Numbered from the stretch's first letter, positions 42,113 through 53,928 are shown. The stretch is DNA of 64,000 nt from an uncultured virus (IMG/VR IMGVR_UViG_3300032047_003368) (IMGVR_UViG_3300032047_003368), one strand, 5' to 3'. Notes: generated by a model not told the origin, from the letters alone. Numbers and translations: made by a program.

Positions 42113-44244
42113 GTTATCTCCGTAAGAAATGTAATACCAGATGTACCCGCTACAAGTTCACCCTCAAAACACACACCATCGGGTGATTGATAAACTATTT
42201 TATTTCTATCTGTGGAAGGAGGACCCCCTGCATAAAATATACCTATCGTTTTCTGCATAGAAAATTGCTCTTCAGATGGAAGGGCATTTATCGTAGGTCC
42301 TTGTAACTGAAGAGTCCATGTGTGACTTTCCCCACGGTTCCACCCAGGAAGTTCTGTAGTTCCATTTGGATAATCATAGCAAAGTTTACCACTAGGTTCT
42401 AATCCAGCAACTCGCACACCCCAGTCGTTTGTATCGTCTCCTTGATTTTTTCCATGTGTCATCCAGGTCTTTGGATGAACGTGACCAAGTCCACTGCAAC
42501 AATCTGTCGGTTCTGGTGTCGGTGTTGGAGTTTTCGCAGGAGTAGGAGTCGGTGTAGGAGTCTTCTCGGGAGTAGGAGTAGGTGTAGGAGTTTTCGCAGG
42601 AGTAGGAGTCGGAGTAGGAGTTTTCGCAGGAGTAGGAGTCGGAGTAAGAGTTTTATCGGGAGTCGGAGTCGGAGTAGGAGTTTTCTCGGGAGTCGGAGTC
42701 GGAGTAGGAGTTTTCTCGGAAGTAGGAGTCGGAGTAGGAGTTTTCTCGGGAGTCGGAGTCGGAGTAGGAGTTTTCTCGGAAGTAGGAGTCGGAGTAGGAG
42801 TTTTCTCGGGAGTCGGAGTCGGAGTCGGAGTTTTCTCGGGAGTCGGAGTCGGAGTCGGAGTTTTCTCGGGAGTCGGAGTAGGAGTAGGAGTTTTCTCGGG
42901 AGTCGGAGTAGGAGTAGGAGTTTTCTCGGGAACGGGAGTCGGTGTAGGTTGCATTGCTTCACAACTATCATTTGTATAAATGATGATTCTTCCATGAGCA
43001 TTGCCCTGCCCAGCCAGGCCACGATTGGGGGTTTCAAATGGAAGTATCGCATCACCCCCCTGGTTAGTAGTTGCAAATCCACGTGAGCCCATCTCTAATA
43101 CACTATGTTTTTCATCTATACCAATTACAAAATTAGGATTTAAATAGCCAGAGCCACCACCACCCGGTGAATCTTCGTTAGCAATAGCTGCACCTGCACC
43201 ACCCCCAAACCACCCTGCACCACCACCGCCACCAGACGAAGAAGCATTTGACTTACCACTACCTCCGTTAAATTGTGTTCCAGATTGGCCACCGTCTCCA
43301 CCTGTATTGGGATTTCCGAATCCACCTGAAAGGTGAGTTCCAGGACGGCCTCCGTCAGGTATAGAAGCATCCGAATAACGAAATCCACCTGTTCCGAATT
43401 TTCCACCACCTGCTCCTCCACCAGCACCAGGTTCGGTCCAATCTCCACCGGCTCCTCCACCACCACCCGCAATAGCAATTACAGTTTCCACAGAAATTGT
43501 ATCTCTAAATAGTCCACTCATTCCACCACCTGCTCCACCACACTTGGTACTTCCGTCACCACTTTGACCTCCAGAACCACCTGGACTATATCCAGGTATA
43601 CCCCGTGTCTCATCTGTGGTTCCCGTAGAAGTTTGACCGACTCCAACAATAATTTTTTCACCAGGTGTAACACCGAAAATGACCTTCGCAAAACCACCAG
43701 AACCACCGGAGTTTCTATAACATCCGTCACTCCCTCCTGCTCCCCATATCTCCGCAGTTAATTGTGTTATTCCGTCAGGCACTATTAAAAATTGATCGTC
43801 TCCTGTTGTATCGTATATCATTTTAAAACAAGCTTGTGATATCTTTGTTGGAGTTTCGGTTGGGGTTGGAGTTTTGATCGGAGTTGGAGTCGGAACTACA
43901 TCACAACACTTATCTGTTATCCGTTTGGGTGTCGTGTGTAAGATAGTATCATCTGCATAAGAACTAACTGATAGATTGGGTATCTCAACTGACTTCACTC
44001 CATCTTTTAGCTTAATAATATATGCGTTTCCACATATTAATTTATTAAAATCATTTATGCCGGGCACATTTGCCATATCAGAGGACCAACACTTCCACCC
44101 ACCATCCACACCAAACACCTGGAAAACATAATCAATGGTGGCATCGTAATCATCCAAACTCAACTCAGAGCAATCTGATTCGCAATTACCATACCACACT
44201 ATGTTGTAGTTTTTTCCCAATATATCTGGTTCGTTTGTTTCCAT
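42109..44244 (-). CDS. WYG-C-domain protein with a glycine-rich domain, a long Pro/Thr linker and a C-terminal CC domain
   Basis: [10 protein letters not shown]...[12 protein letters not shown]...WGAGG; 14 copies of [10 protein letters not shown]. Confidence 0.65.
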   Translation of the reverse strand: METNEPDILGKNYNIVWYGNCESDCSELSLDDYDATIDYVFQVFGVDGGWKCWSSDMANVPGINDFNKLICGNAYIIKLKDGVKSVEIPNLSVSSYADDTILHTTPKRITDKCCDVVPTPTPIKTPTPTETPTKISQACFKMIYDTTGDDQFLIVPDGITQLTAEIWGAGGSDGCYRNSGGSGGFAKVIFGVTPGEKIIVGVGQTSTGTTDETRGIPGYSPGGSGGQSGDGSTKCGGAGGGMSGLFRDTISVETVIAIAGGGGGAGGDWTEPGAGGGAGGGKFGTGGFRYSDASIPDGGRPGTHLSGGFGNPNTGGDGGQSGTQFNGGSGKSNASSSGGGGGAGWFGGGAGAAIANEDSPGGGGSGYLNPNFVIGIDEKHSVLEMGSRGFATTNQGGDAILPFETPNRGLAGQGNAHGRIIIYTNDSCEAMQPTPTPVPEKTPTPTPTPEKTPTPTPTPEKTPTPTPTPEKTPTPTPTPEKTPTPTPTSEKTPTPTPTPEKTPTPTPTSEKTPTPTPTPEKTPTPTPTPDKTLTPTPTPAKTPTPTPTPAKTPTPTPTPEKTPTPTPTPAKTPTPTPEPTDCCSGLGHVHPKTWMTHGKNQGDDTNDWGVRVAGLEPSGKLCYDYPNGTTELPGWNRGESHTWTLQLQGPTINALPSEEQFSMQKTIGIFYAGGPPSTDRNKIVYQSPDGVCFEGELVAGTSGITFLTEIT
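42505..42948 (-). repeat. 30-nt coding tandem repeat, about 14 copies ([10 protein letters not shown])
   Basis: ggagtcggagt(c/a)ggagtaggagttttc(t/g)c units on the + strand. Confidence 0.95.
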
Positions 44245-44249
44245 TTTGG

Positions 44250-45167
44250 TTAAATTTTTTCTAAGTTACATATGCCGTTGTTAATTCGGCCATATAAACA
44301 AATTCCGTTGTATTCTTCATATCCATGTAATTTTGCAAAGTTAGAGTCTTCAATACTTAAATATATAAGTGAATCAGAATTCACACCACCATAAAATATA
44401 ATTGTTCCTAAGTTTTTATTTTCAGGTGAAATTACAACAACAGGGGTTAATAAATTATTACAATAATCAAGAGTGGGACTTGGTAAACAAACTATACCAG
44501 AATAGATAAATTTATTAATTGTCAACCCAACTTCTGATTGTATATTTGTGTCTGTATCAGGACCCACTGGAAACTCAAGTGAATCGTCTCCACAACACAC
44601 GATTGGGGTGGTTGGTGTTGGTGTAATCTTTGGTGTGGGTGTGGGTGTAATTTCACAATCGCATATTTTTCTCCAGTGAATAGATTTACCAGGTTCGTCA
44701 TTTGCGTCAGTTCCTTCCCATTCAAATGCTTCCCACACAGAATTATTCCAATTGACGATTTCAAACGAATCATATTTCATCGTTTCCCAAGTTGGGTAGT
44801 CTTTACACCGACAAACTTCATTTTCAGGAGTGGGTGTATAAATACACGGATCATCATCAACGGTTGGTGTAGGAGTCGGAGTGGGAGTCGGAGTGGGAGT
44901 CGGTGTTGGTGTTGGTGTTGGTATAGGTGGACACTCGCATACGTGCAACCAATGAACCGATTGACCCGGTATATCGTCAGACTCACATCCCTCGGTACTA
45001 GCTGCTATATAAACATTATCTTGATGTACTACAACATCATCTGTATTATATAAAGGTTTAGTTGAATCCCACTCTGTGTGTAGTTCACAATCACATACTG
45101 CAAGACCCCTACCTTTACTTGCAAGGGAACGCAATAGATTATTAAACAATCTCTTGGCCGGACTCAT
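44250..45167 (-). CDS. protein with two CBM5/12-like modules, PT linkers and a C-terminal CC domain
   Basis: Two copies of W....Y...D.V......(Y/W).A........PG.S.HW. Confidence 0.55.
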   Translation of the reverse strand: MSPAKRLFNNLLRSLASKGRGLAVCDCELHTEWDSTKPLYNTDDVVVHQDNVYIAASTEGCESDDIPGQSVHWLHVCECPPIPTPTPTPTPTPTPTPTPTPTVDDDPCIYTPTPENEVCRCKDYPTWETMKYDSFEIVNWNNSVWEAFEWEGTDANDEPGKSIHWRKICDCEITPTPTPKITPTPTTPIVCCGDDSLEFPVGPDTDTNIQSEVGLTINKFIYSGIVCLPSPTLDYCNNLLTPVVVISPENKNLGTIIFYGGVNSDSLIYLSIEDSNFAKLHGYEEYNGICLYGRINNGICNLEKI

Positions 45168-45216
45168 ATATATAAATATTCAAAATAAACTTAATTTACC
45201 ACATTATTTCAAGATA

Positions 45217-48200
45217 TTAGCATATACCCAACTCGGTGCAATCGGATGAAAAATCATCTCCGTAGTGAACCAGTCCGTTTTCCACAGTTGAGGCCGTACC
45301 AAATGATATTGATATACCGGTGAACTGCAATCCAACCGGGCAGTACAGAGAACTACCCTCCGCAAACGCACATAACTTTCCATCTGTGTATGATTCGTTA
45401 AAATTTACAGATTGTTCACCGTTGTCATCTGCATATACATACAACTCCCACCTTGATTTAGTTTCCGACCAACGAATTTCAGAAAAAACATATCCAGAAC
45501 CAAATTCAACAGTTCCATCTAATAACAAGAAACCGTCTGTGAACTTTCTAGAAGTTCTATACACATATTTTTTATCGTGATAAGCATATCCTATACTATT
45601 TGCAGCTGATGTTGTGGAGTAATAAATCAATCCATAATTACCATTCATAAAATCACAATTGAATCCGTCTATAGTTATACGAGGGCAATCGGCATATCTC
45701 TGAAGTTCTGTTGTGTTTATGTTTAGTGTGAAGTTTTTCTCAACAAATCCAACTCCCGTGGCACTTTCTGCGTATACACTTATTTTTGCAGAGCTACCTA
45801 TATTAGAAATATCACCAGTTACCACTAAATTGACATTTTGTAAATTATTAAATGGATCAGAACCCACAAGTTCAAATAAATTGTTGTGAATACCAAAAGA
45901 ATTATTATTAAAATTATATTTTATATTTTTATTCACATGAGTCCCCACAAATACACCTACAATCGTACCCACATCTGATGTTGATTCAAGTGTGGGTGAA
46001 TTCTCATAAATTAAGTTAAAATCACTCGGTGGGCATGATAAAACATCAGCAACTACCAAATCTTTACTTAACTTAATTATACAATTCTCTTCTTTGCACA
46101 AGAAATACTGTCTACCAGATGAAATAAACTCAGTTGTTTGATGGGTGGACTCGGTTGAAATCTGCTTTCCTATGACGAGATTACCAGTCCAGTAAAATTT
46201 TATTATATTTAGTTCTTCAGTTGCACACGCAACATCTGGCCAATCATATCCTATAATCTGCTCAGTTGTTTCGTGTTTAATCTTTGAAATGTAGTTAAAA
46301 TTGGCCGAATTATCATGCTCAGGGAAAATTTTAGTTTTACAACTGATTAATGTAGCAGTTGTTACAAATGTCTTTGTTTCTGTCTTATTATATGCAAATG
46401 TAACTTTAAATTTTAAAACACTGCCCTCATCAAATGTATGTGTGCTAATATGTCGTGTATCACTCACAACCACATCATTCACCGACCATTCATAGTAAAT
46501 TGCATCCACTATACCTTCATATTTATAGTTTCCGTATAAAGTGTTCCCAACACACAAATCACCGACAATCTCTGTAAAACCTTCGTATAATTTTGGGGGT
46601 TGTGTAGCTGTTTGCTTCACCACTTGTTTGATTTGCCTATCTACAATGTAACTAATCTCAGATGCACAGCACGGTTCTGATTCTCTACCCTCTAGTCTTA
46701 AAGCATGAATCAACAAACCCTGTTTATTATCAAAAAATTCAATCGGTGATTCCAACTCTGTATCATAATCGTAGTTACCCACAAACAAACGAACCGCAAC
46801 AACAGACTTCTCAACTATATCCAACCCGTCTAAAGGAGGATTTTCGGCACTATAGTAATCATTTTTTACATTCGTAACAATTTGCTGATTCTGTGTAAAA
46901 TGATGTACTGTCTCGATGTGTATCCACTTTTGTTTTTCAAGTGAGTATACTTGTAAATCAAAATGACCGTTTGTATTCATTACGGTCATTATTTTTAAAT
47001 TAACTAAGTCAACCGGATTTGTTAGAGGAAATTCAATTTTATGTAAAATATCCCCACCGGTTTCTGTTTTTTCGAAATATTGACCAACACCCACACCAAC
47101 AGGATTGGTACTAAGTTTATTTATATTAAAATAACCACGGAACGATTGTTGGTATACATTGGACTTGGTCGGTGGAAGTCCAGACCCCCTTTGCAAGACT
47201 TTGATAAAGTCGTTTTTTGACTCCACTATATCTACCTGATTTGTTAAATTCTTTTCAAATACATTCACATACTCATCAGGAGTGTTTAAATCAAACCACC
47301 CCTGTATTGTTGCGTCTTTCAAGTCGCATCTCAGTTCACTACAACTCACCTCCGGACACGTCTTAGTTAACTTCACAATATTAGAATTGAATGGGATTAC
47401 GGGTATCCATGTAGAGTTTAACGGTGGGCACGATTTACTTTCATCGAAATCTATATTATAATATAAAATTTCATGGCCATTTACTAAAGCCCATATATTT
47501 CTTTTTATAGAAGTATTTCTTGGGTCAGTTGCAGATAAAAACAAAATTTCCAGAAGATTGTTAGTCGATATCCACTTGGTCTTGTGTGAACTTTCATCCT
47601 GTGAATAATAATATCTATCACTAATAGGTGAATTAACCACTCCTGCTGTTTCGTTTGTGCCCGTCACACATATATAGGATTCACGTGTAAACTCACGGCC
47701 ACACCATTCTGCTTCGTCTTCGGAATTAGAATTAGTAAAGCTGCACTCATATATACCCACCACTTGACGGTTTTTTATTTTTATGAACTTACCGTTTGCG
47801 TACACATACTCACCAATAGATGATATAGTAAAATATTCCGACAGTTCGGAGTTTTTTTCTGTAGTTAATGTTGTTCCTACTTCAAGTTCATTTTCAAAAT
47901 CGTGATATAGTATCTGTGAATCTGTTACTTTTAAAATATTTATATTTTTTTCGCACGCCGAAATGACCTCATCTTCACTCCAACCAGTGAATTTTTTTTC
48001 TTTGTAGTCTATATGCTTAAACAGAGCAACAATTGGAACTGGACATTTATCCGAGTTACACACTCTTGATTGTGTCAAACTTCCACAATCATATTCAGTA
48101 TATTCTGAGTTCAGTGGAAATCTATTCGAATATTGTATACCCCCTCCACATGATTTGGAACATTCACCCCAAGGACCCCACTCCGATGCTTCGCATATTT

Positions 48201-48222
48201 CAATTTCGTTTATATCTGTCAT
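45217..48222 (-). CDS. large modular Cys-rich protein with one N-terminal thrombospondin-1 repeat
   Basis: SEWGPWGECSKSCGGGIQYSNR...QSRVCNSDKCP. Confidence 0.7.
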   Translation of the reverse strand: MTDINEIEICEASEWGPWGECSKSCGGGIQYSNRFPLNSEYTEYDCGSLTQSRVCNSDKCPVPIVALFKHIDYKEKKFTGWSEDEVISACEKNINILKVTDSQILYHDFENELEVGTTLTTEKNSELSEYFTISSIGEYVYANGKFIKIKNRQVVGIYECSFTNSNSEDEAEWCGREFTRESYICVTGTNETAGVVNSPISDRYYYSQDESSHKTKWISTNNLLEILFLSATDPRNTSIKRNIWALVNGHEILYYNIDFDESKSCPPLNSTWIPVIPFNSNIVKLTKTCPEVSCSELRCDLKDATIQGWFDLNTPDEYVNVFEKNLTNQVDIVESKNDFIKVLQRGSGLPPTKSNVYQQSFRGYFNINKLSTNPVGVGVGQYFEKTETGGDILHKIEFPLTNPVDLVNLKIMTVMNTNGHFDLQVYSLEKQKWIHIETVHHFTQNQQIVTNVKNDYYSAENPPLDGLDIVEKSVVAVRLFVGNYDYDTELESPIEFFDNKQGLLIHALRLEGRESEPCCASEISYIVDRQIKQVVKQTATQPPKLYEGFTEIVGDLCVGNTLYGNYKYEGIVDAIYYEWSVNDVVVSDTRHISTHTFDEGSVLKFKVTFAYNKTETKTFVTTATLISCKTKIFPEHDNSANFNYISKIKHETTEQIIGYDWPDVACATEELNIIKFYWTGNLVIGKQISTESTHQTTEFISSGRQYFLCKEENCIIKLSKDLVVADVLSCPPSDFNLIYENSPTLESTSDVGTIVGVFVGTHVNKNIKYNFNNNSFGIHNNLFELVGSDPFNNLQNVNLVVTGDISNIGSSAKISVYAESATGVGFVEKNFTLNINTTELQRYADCPRITIDGFNCDFMNGNYGLIYYSTTSAANSIGYAYHDKKYVYRTSRKFTDGFLLLDGTVEFGSGYVFSEIRWSETKSRWELYVYADDNGEQSVNFNESYTDGKLCAFAEGSSLYCPVGLQFTGISISFGTASTVENGLVHYGDDFSSDCTELGIC

Positions 48223-48231
48223 TATATTAAA

Positions 48232-51200
48232 TTACTCTACTACATTATATTCCACACTCGAACCCCAACCACTGGCACGTGTGGCCACAAGACCACTTCC
48301 CCAACTGAGATCTTTTACTTTTTCAATTTTTCCAAATATGTTTGCGAATCCAAGATTTGTATAACTTTCTGGATATCTATTCAAATAATCAGGATTCCGA
48401 TTGAGACCGAATTTATAGTTTCTTGCCATTAATGTTTCACCCGCAGTCGGCATTGGTGAATTTACTCCAGGAATGTTATTTAAATCAAGTTGATAACTCC
48501 AACCACACATTGAATAGATTGCCCAATTCGTAGCAGGCATATACGAAAATCCAAAACTTGCTTCTTTTTTCCACATCTTAGTAAGTATCCACCCATATTG
48601 ATCTCGGATATCACGATATGAGCCATCAAAGTTTTGGATTTGCCAATCTCTGTATCCTGTAATCCCCCCGTTCCAAATTTGATTATATGCACCTACTCGT
48701 CCTGCACTATACCCCCACCTCAATGTATAATAATATTTGTAGATGCTTCCACCAAAAACATCGGTTCTAAAACTATATTTTCTATTACCACGACACGGAG
48801 TATCACCACCAGATGTGTCAGCATACGACTGACAACTATACGCATACCAACCATTTGCAGGACCTTTGATTATTTTGTTAGCAGAATTATTAGGATTTAA
48901 ATCAGGTACATTAGATCCACGACCGTTACCTGCCCACAACACAGGATATAATACTAAGTTTTCTAGTTCGGTTCCGGTAGTTCCACCAAATCCTGTGATT
49001 TTATATGACGCAACTGGTCCACCTGTGCAATCTTTACCCGTTTCATATCTAGTTTTACCTATATGTTGCGATCCATTGCATTTACCTCCACATTCCGCAG
49101 GTGTTGTAATTTGAAATGTTGATTTTATATACTGAATGTTATCTTTTGGATTCATGTTGCCCTCGGATGTACATGGACCATCAACCCATTCAGCTGTGCA
49201 ATTTTTAGGACAACACCCACATACACTTTCACCTGGATTTCTATATTCAGTTTTTCCGTTGTAATGATCACAAGTTCCTCCACATGATTGTGGTACGGTG
49301 GTTACCCATTTACGAGTTTGTTGACCCGTTTCACACTTACTACATCTTCCAACCACATTGTTGAAGCCCCACTCAGTCCAATAACCTTCACAATCTTGCT
49401 TACAACATTGAGTATTACAATTTTTAGATTCAGTTTTTCCACGAAGTACACAAGTACCACCGTTAAGTTCGTCTACATCAACTATATATTCTCTCGTTTG
49501 AATCCCAGAACCACATGATTTGCTACAGGAACTCCACGATGACCATCTGCCTTGACAGTTTGTCGGGCAGGCCTGGCTATTACAGGTCCTGGATTCAGTC
49601 TTACCCTTATCAGGACATACTCCACCCCATCGTTCTACATTTCTCACTATATAGTTTCTAGTTTGAACACCACCTCCACAAGTTTTACTACACGAACTCC
49701 ATGAATTCCAATACCCTTCACAATCCACTGGACAACTTTGAGTATTACACAGAGTAGATTGAACCCTGCCACGTTCATGGCAACTTCCACCATCGGTTTC
49801 TGCTTCATCCACTATGAATGTTCGTGTTTTAATTCCAGAACCACACTCTTTACTACACACTCCATATTCAGACCAATGACCTACACAATTTTTAGGACAA
49901 TTCTGTTCATTGCAATTTTGAGTTAAAACTTTTCCACGATTTTCACAAGTACCACCGTTAAGTTCATCAGTCTGTACCACAAATGTGCGAGTCTGTGTGC
50001 CCCCATCACACGAAGACGAACAATCTGTCCAACTATCAAAGTATCCCGAGCAGTTACGTGGACATCCATGTGTATTGCAATCCCGTGTTTCTATTTTATT
50101 TTTATTTGGACAGACCCCACCATCCCTTTCAATTTCAGATACAATAAATGATCTAGTTTGCTTTCCACCGTCACATGATGCAGTACATGATGACCACTCT
50201 GACCAAGCCCCCACACAGTCTACCGGACAACCTTGTACATTACAATCATCTTGCCGTGTTTTTCCTAGATCTGGACATAATCCTGTGCCAAGAGCTGGAT
50301 CTGTAACTTGATATGCCATTGTTTTAGTTCCACCCCCACACGGTTTACTGCAATCTGTTACTGCAATCCAAGACCCCACACAATCTTTTGGACACACATG
50401 AGTGTTACAAGGTCGTGAAATAGATAGATCAGACGGACACGCAACTCCACCAAATTGTGCAGGTTGTAATATGGTACGTATAGCCGTTTCTGTTCCACCA
50501 CCACACTCCTTAGAGCAGGTGCCACTCCAATTCCAACCAGAAACTTCGCAGTCAATCGGACATCGTTCTTCACCACAAGTTTGTATAATAGTAGTACCAG
50601 GACACTCTAGCCCACCATTTATTGGTTCGGATATAACTGTAGTTGTTCGTGTTTGAATTCCTGGACCACTTCCGTCTGGATCACATGGTTGGGAACATAT
50701 ACCCCAAGATGTTTGGGTATAAACGCAATCTACAGGTGTCGGTATTTCTTCATTTAGTTCAGGTGGTGACTCAAAAACACAAGTTTGGCCAAGAAGATTT
50801 GGTTTTGTACGTGAATACTGTGTATGCATTGGTGAAGATACAGCAATGATTACTTTATTGTTAAATAACGTAAAATCAAGAGCTGTACCAAAGTTATCAT
50901 CGTGGGTTTTTCCTAAAAGTGTAGTGCCAAACTGAACCCAACCATTATCTTCGAGTTGATATACCAAAACCGCACCTGGTCTAAGAACATCCAGTGTATC
51001 CGTAAGTGCATCAATTGTATAATTTATATCAGAGTATGCAAGTGTAGTTCCCTCGTCACTTAATTTCAAAGATGTAACATCTCCGATTAATGTAGTTCCA
51101 AGTTGTGACCAGTTACTGATTCCGTTGTATTGGTATATCAGGATATATCCAGATGCAGAATTCTCATCAGGATTTTCATCGGTTATATTGGGAATTCCTA

Positions 51201-53928
51201 TAGCGATTCTATCTCCGTGTTTTGCAATAGAGATTGAAGAAGGTGAGTTTATGGAATTGTAGGTTCCTGCTACGGTTGTATTACTCGGTAACTCAATTCT
51301 AAGACCTTTTTTAATGAATTCATCTTTTTCGTGATTATAACGATAAACCTCACCTATTTTGTCACCTGCAGCTGCAATTGTTACATCAGTTTTTGTTGAA
51401 AGTGAAGATATACAGGTAGCAGTTCCGAACCCAGAATTATATTCTCCGTATATTGTTTGTCCTAATTGGTTCCAGTTCCCATTTTCAAAATTATAAACTT
51501 CTACTGCTCCAGTTGGTATATGTGAATCACTTGATGCAACCGAGGTTTCTTTTATATCATCAGAGAAATTTTCATTGGTTTGAATTGTAGTTTCGTCTGA
51601 TTGACATTCCACAAATTCAAGATTTCTCATATAATGAAAGTTGGGATACTCTTCAATTGTATATTTTGATGGTAGGTCGAATATATTGAGACCAGGCCAC
51701 GTATCATCAGAATCCGTGTCAAGTGTCCACACCGGGTGTTTATAAAAAGAACTATCAGTTATAGTTTCACCCGAACTTTTAATTTTATGTGCTTGTTGTT
51801 GTGTAACTGAAGTGTGCAACGGACTTACTGAAACCCACTTACCCCAAGACACACCAGGGGTTGTGCGAGTATTTCCTATCGGGAACGCAACGAGTGTATC
51901 TTGTGCTTTTGGACCGAAATTATTGGTAGTAATATGAGTCCACCATAAACTATACTCATAAACTCTACAATTATTAAAATAATTCTTGGTAGTTTCATCT
52001 AAATATGTAATTGGTTGACAAAGTAAAACTAAATAACTAGGACCCTCAGAATTCCTAATACCCTCGGGTAGTTCGTCAAATTCGTCTTGATACATAGGTT
52101 CTTTTGATCTGTAGAAAAGATTTTCACCACCAAGAAGATCTGCTTGTGTGAAATTATGCCACTGACCCATGAATAAATCATCAATGGCAGTATTATCAAG
52201 AATCAACTCTGTGTTATTCCATTTAGAATATTCAGTAAGTCCATCAGGAATGTTGACATAACCACCTCCATCTGGAGTTATGTATCGATACCCGTCAACA
52301 AATCCATCTTCTATACGTATGCAATCAGGAATTGGATCCTGTGTGCAGTCAAACCCAGACGGCATTTCTTCATTGAAAGTTGTATTCTCCGTGGCCGCAG
52401 ACGAACCAACCACCAATACATCTCCAGTTGGATTCAATTGACATGAAATTCCAAAACGAGCCCCTTGTGTATTTCCATATAAAACATTTCCGTGGGAATC
52501 CCACGCATTTGTTGTAACGTTCCACTTGAATATCCTAACTTCTCCTATATTTTTGTCGGTAGATTCTTCTTGAAACGGACTTCTTGATGCATTGTATGCA
52601 CCAATTGCAAGAATACTTCCGTCTTCGTTTAATGATAATGCATGACCAGAGAAGTTTCCTACCCCACCACCATCAATATCATCTCCCATTTGTGACCATT
52701 CCAACGACTCATATCTGTAAACTCTTACATGACCCGCAAACTGACCTGTATCTGAATTTAATTTCGCACCAACTGCCAGTATAGTACCGTCATTATTTAT
52801 TGCAACCGAATCACCCGCTTTCATATTAGGTCTCTCACCATCCACACACCCTCGTTTAATCCAAAACTCGTCAGTTTCTTCACAAGTTCCTCTTACCAAT
52901 GTGTGATAATAGTTTGCGTTTGATTCCCAGGATACATCATAAGGTCCCGCTTCTCCTGTGGTATCCGCGTAACGACCATACTTTCCACCAAGTTGATTTG
53001 ATATCATCCACCTCACACCGGAAACCCCCACCGGGTTTTCATAATATGCATACATATTAGAGTCAGTCTTCCATACCGGTCGGTTGTTGTGTTCATTTGG
53101 TTGCAGACGATAAGTTCCATTATTTTTCTCTACACTACTATATCTAATACAAAAGTTCTCAATTGGTGGGTCAAGAATTAAAGTTGGAGTGGGAGTTCTT
53201 TTTATATCATCACAATCAACAACCTCAATAATAGTTCGGTCATTTATCAAATAAATTTTGTTATCAGAAAAAATATACTGATTATCAATTGCAAAATTGT
53301 CGGTTATATAATTTCCTTCGTTAAATTGCTCATTTGCGATTTTTTCTGCCAAATATAATTTAGTGCCCACATCAGGAGTTGTTGTATCAATAACCATATC
53401 ATACACCAACCCACCTTGGTTATCAAAACAAGCGACTTGTGGATCATCCCATCCTTCATAACTTTCACCACCTGTGTCAAAGTTTTTAAAAATAAATGGT
53501 ATTTTTTTGCAATCACACTCTTGTTCACCCTCACAGGTTGGACATGGATTTACAAGTCTATGCGTTGTATTTTCATTTATATTTGCAGAAAATAAACCAT
53601 CTATACTCACCTCCGTGCCTTCATCTATCTCAACTATATAAGCACGACCACATTCAAATTTGTCGAAACTTTGGCCGTTTTTTAAAAACTCAGAACCTAA
53701 AGTATTTTTGACTAAGTCAGGTAGAGTTTCATATTCCTTTTCGTTTTTAAGATGAACATCACGCGACCAACCACTATAAACATAACCTCCTGATTTTACG
53801 TCAATAACACTAACCACCTTGTTAAATTCACCGGTAATACTATTACCGGAGTAAAATGAATAGTCTTGACACGAATCACACGAATCTCCGAACCAAACAA
53901 AGTTAATATTTTTATTCAAAGTTCCCAT
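48232..53928 (-). CDS. giant WYG-C-domain protein with an FG-GAP-like propeller and about 10 thrombospondin-1 repeats
   Basis: VWFGDSCDSC...FECGRAY; G.S(V/L)A(I/L)N.DG.ILA(V/I)GA repeats; DCxGxWxxWxxCSxxCGxGxQTR repeats. Start at MGTLNKN. Confidence 0.75.
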   Translation of the reverse strand: MGTLNKNINFVWFGDSCDSCQDYSFYSGNSITGEFNKVVSVIDVKSGGYVYSGWSRDVHLKNEKEYETLPDLVKNTLGSEFLKNGQSFDKFECGRAYIVEIDEGTEVSIDGLFSANINENTTHRLVNPCPTCEGEQECDCKKIPFIFKNFDTGGESYEGWDDPQVACFDNQGGLVYDMVIDTTTPDVGTKLYLAEKIANEQFNEGNYITDNFAIDNQYIFSDNKIYLINDRTIIEVVDCDDIKRTPTPTLILDPPIENFCIRYSSVEKNNGTYRLQPNEHNNRPVWKTDSNMYAYYENPVGVSGVRWMISNQLGGKYGRYADTTGEAGPYDVSWESNANYYHTLVRGTCEETDEFWIKRGCVDGERPNMKAGDSVAINNDGTILAVGAKLNSDTGQFAGHVRVYRYESLEWSQMGDDIDGGGVGNFSGHALSLNEDGSILAIGAYNASRSPFQEESTDKNIGEVRIFKWNVTTNAWDSHGNVLYGNTQGARFGISCQLNPTGDVLVVGSSAATENTTFNEEMPSGFDCTQDPIPDCIRIEDGFVDGYRYITPDGGGYVNIPDGLTEYSKWNNTELILDNTAIDDLFMGQWHNFTQADLLGGENLFYRSKEPMYQDEFDELPEGIRNSEGPSYLVLLCQPITYLDETTKNYFNNCRVYEYSLWWTHITTNNFGPKAQDTLVAFPIGNTRTTPGVSWGKWVSVSPLHTSVTQQQAHKIKSSGETITDSSFYKHPVWTLDTDSDDTWPGLNIFDLPSKYTIEEYPNFHYMRNLEFVECQSDETTIQTNENFSDDIKETSVASSDSHIPTGAVEVYNFENGNWNQLGQTIYGEYNSGFGTATCISSLSTKTDVTIAAAGDKIGEVYRYNHEKDEFIKKGLRIELPSNTTVAGTYNSINSPSSISIAKHGDRIAIGIPNITDENPDENSASGYILIYQYNGISNWSQLGTTLIGDVTSLKLSDEGTTLAYSDINYTIDALTDTLDVLRPGAVLVYQLEDNGWVQFGTTLLGKTHDDNFGTALDFTLFNNKVIIAVSSPMHTQYSRTKPNLLGQTCVFESPPELNEEIPTPVDCVYTQTSWGICSQPCDPDGSGPGIQTRTTTVISEPINGGLECPGTTIIQTCGEERCPIDCEVSGWNWSGTCSKECGGGTETAIRTILQPAQFGGVACPSDLSISRPCNTHVCPKDCVGSWIAVTDCSKPCGGGTKTMAYQVTDPALGTGLCPDLGKTRQDDCNVQGCPVDCVGAWSEWSSCTASCDGGKQTRSFIVSEIERDGGVCPNKNKIETRDCNTHGCPRNCSGYFDSWTDCSSSCDGGTQTRTFVVQTDELNGGTCENRGKVLTQNCNEQNCPKNCVGHWSEYGVCSKECGSGIKTRTFIVDEAETDGGSCHERGRVQSTLCNTQSCPVDCEGYWNSWSSCSKTCGGGVQTRNYIVRNVERWGGVCPDKGKTESRTCNSQACPTNCQGRWSSWSSCSKSCGSGIQTREYIVDVDELNGGTCVLRGKTESKNCNTQCCKQDCEGYWTEWGFNNVVGRCSKCETGQQTRKWVTTVPQSCGGTCDHYNGKTEYRNPGESVCGCCPKNCTAEWVDGPCTSEGNMNPKDNIQYIKSTFQITTPAECGGKCNGSQHIGKTRYETGKDCTGGPVASYKITGFGGTTGTELENLVLYPVLWAGNGRGSNVPDLNPNNSANKIIKGPANGWYAYSCQSYADTSGGDTPCRGNRKYSFRTDVFGGSIYKYYYTLRWGYSAGRVGAYNQIWNGGITGYRDWQIQNFDGSYRDIRDQYGWILTKMWKKEASFGFSYMPATNWAIYSMCGWSYQLDLNNIPGVNSPMPTAGETLMARNYKFGLNRNPDYLNRYPESYTNLGFANIFGKIEKVKDLSWGSGLVATRASGWGSSVEYNVVE
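49030..50740 (-). repeat. tandem spondin-type TSP1 repeat array (8 clear, 2 degenerate)
   Basis: Approximately 55-aa, six-Cys periodicity in the translation; boundaries approximate. Confidence 0.85.

Noticed and set aside
42505..42948. Possible CRISPR array (30-nt periodicity)
   Set aside because: Contiguous units with no unique spacers, in-frame coding, and no cas genes
42442..43086. RS-rich (+) and LR-rich (-) long ORFs
   Set aside because: Shadow frames of the PT tandem repeat inside 42109-44244
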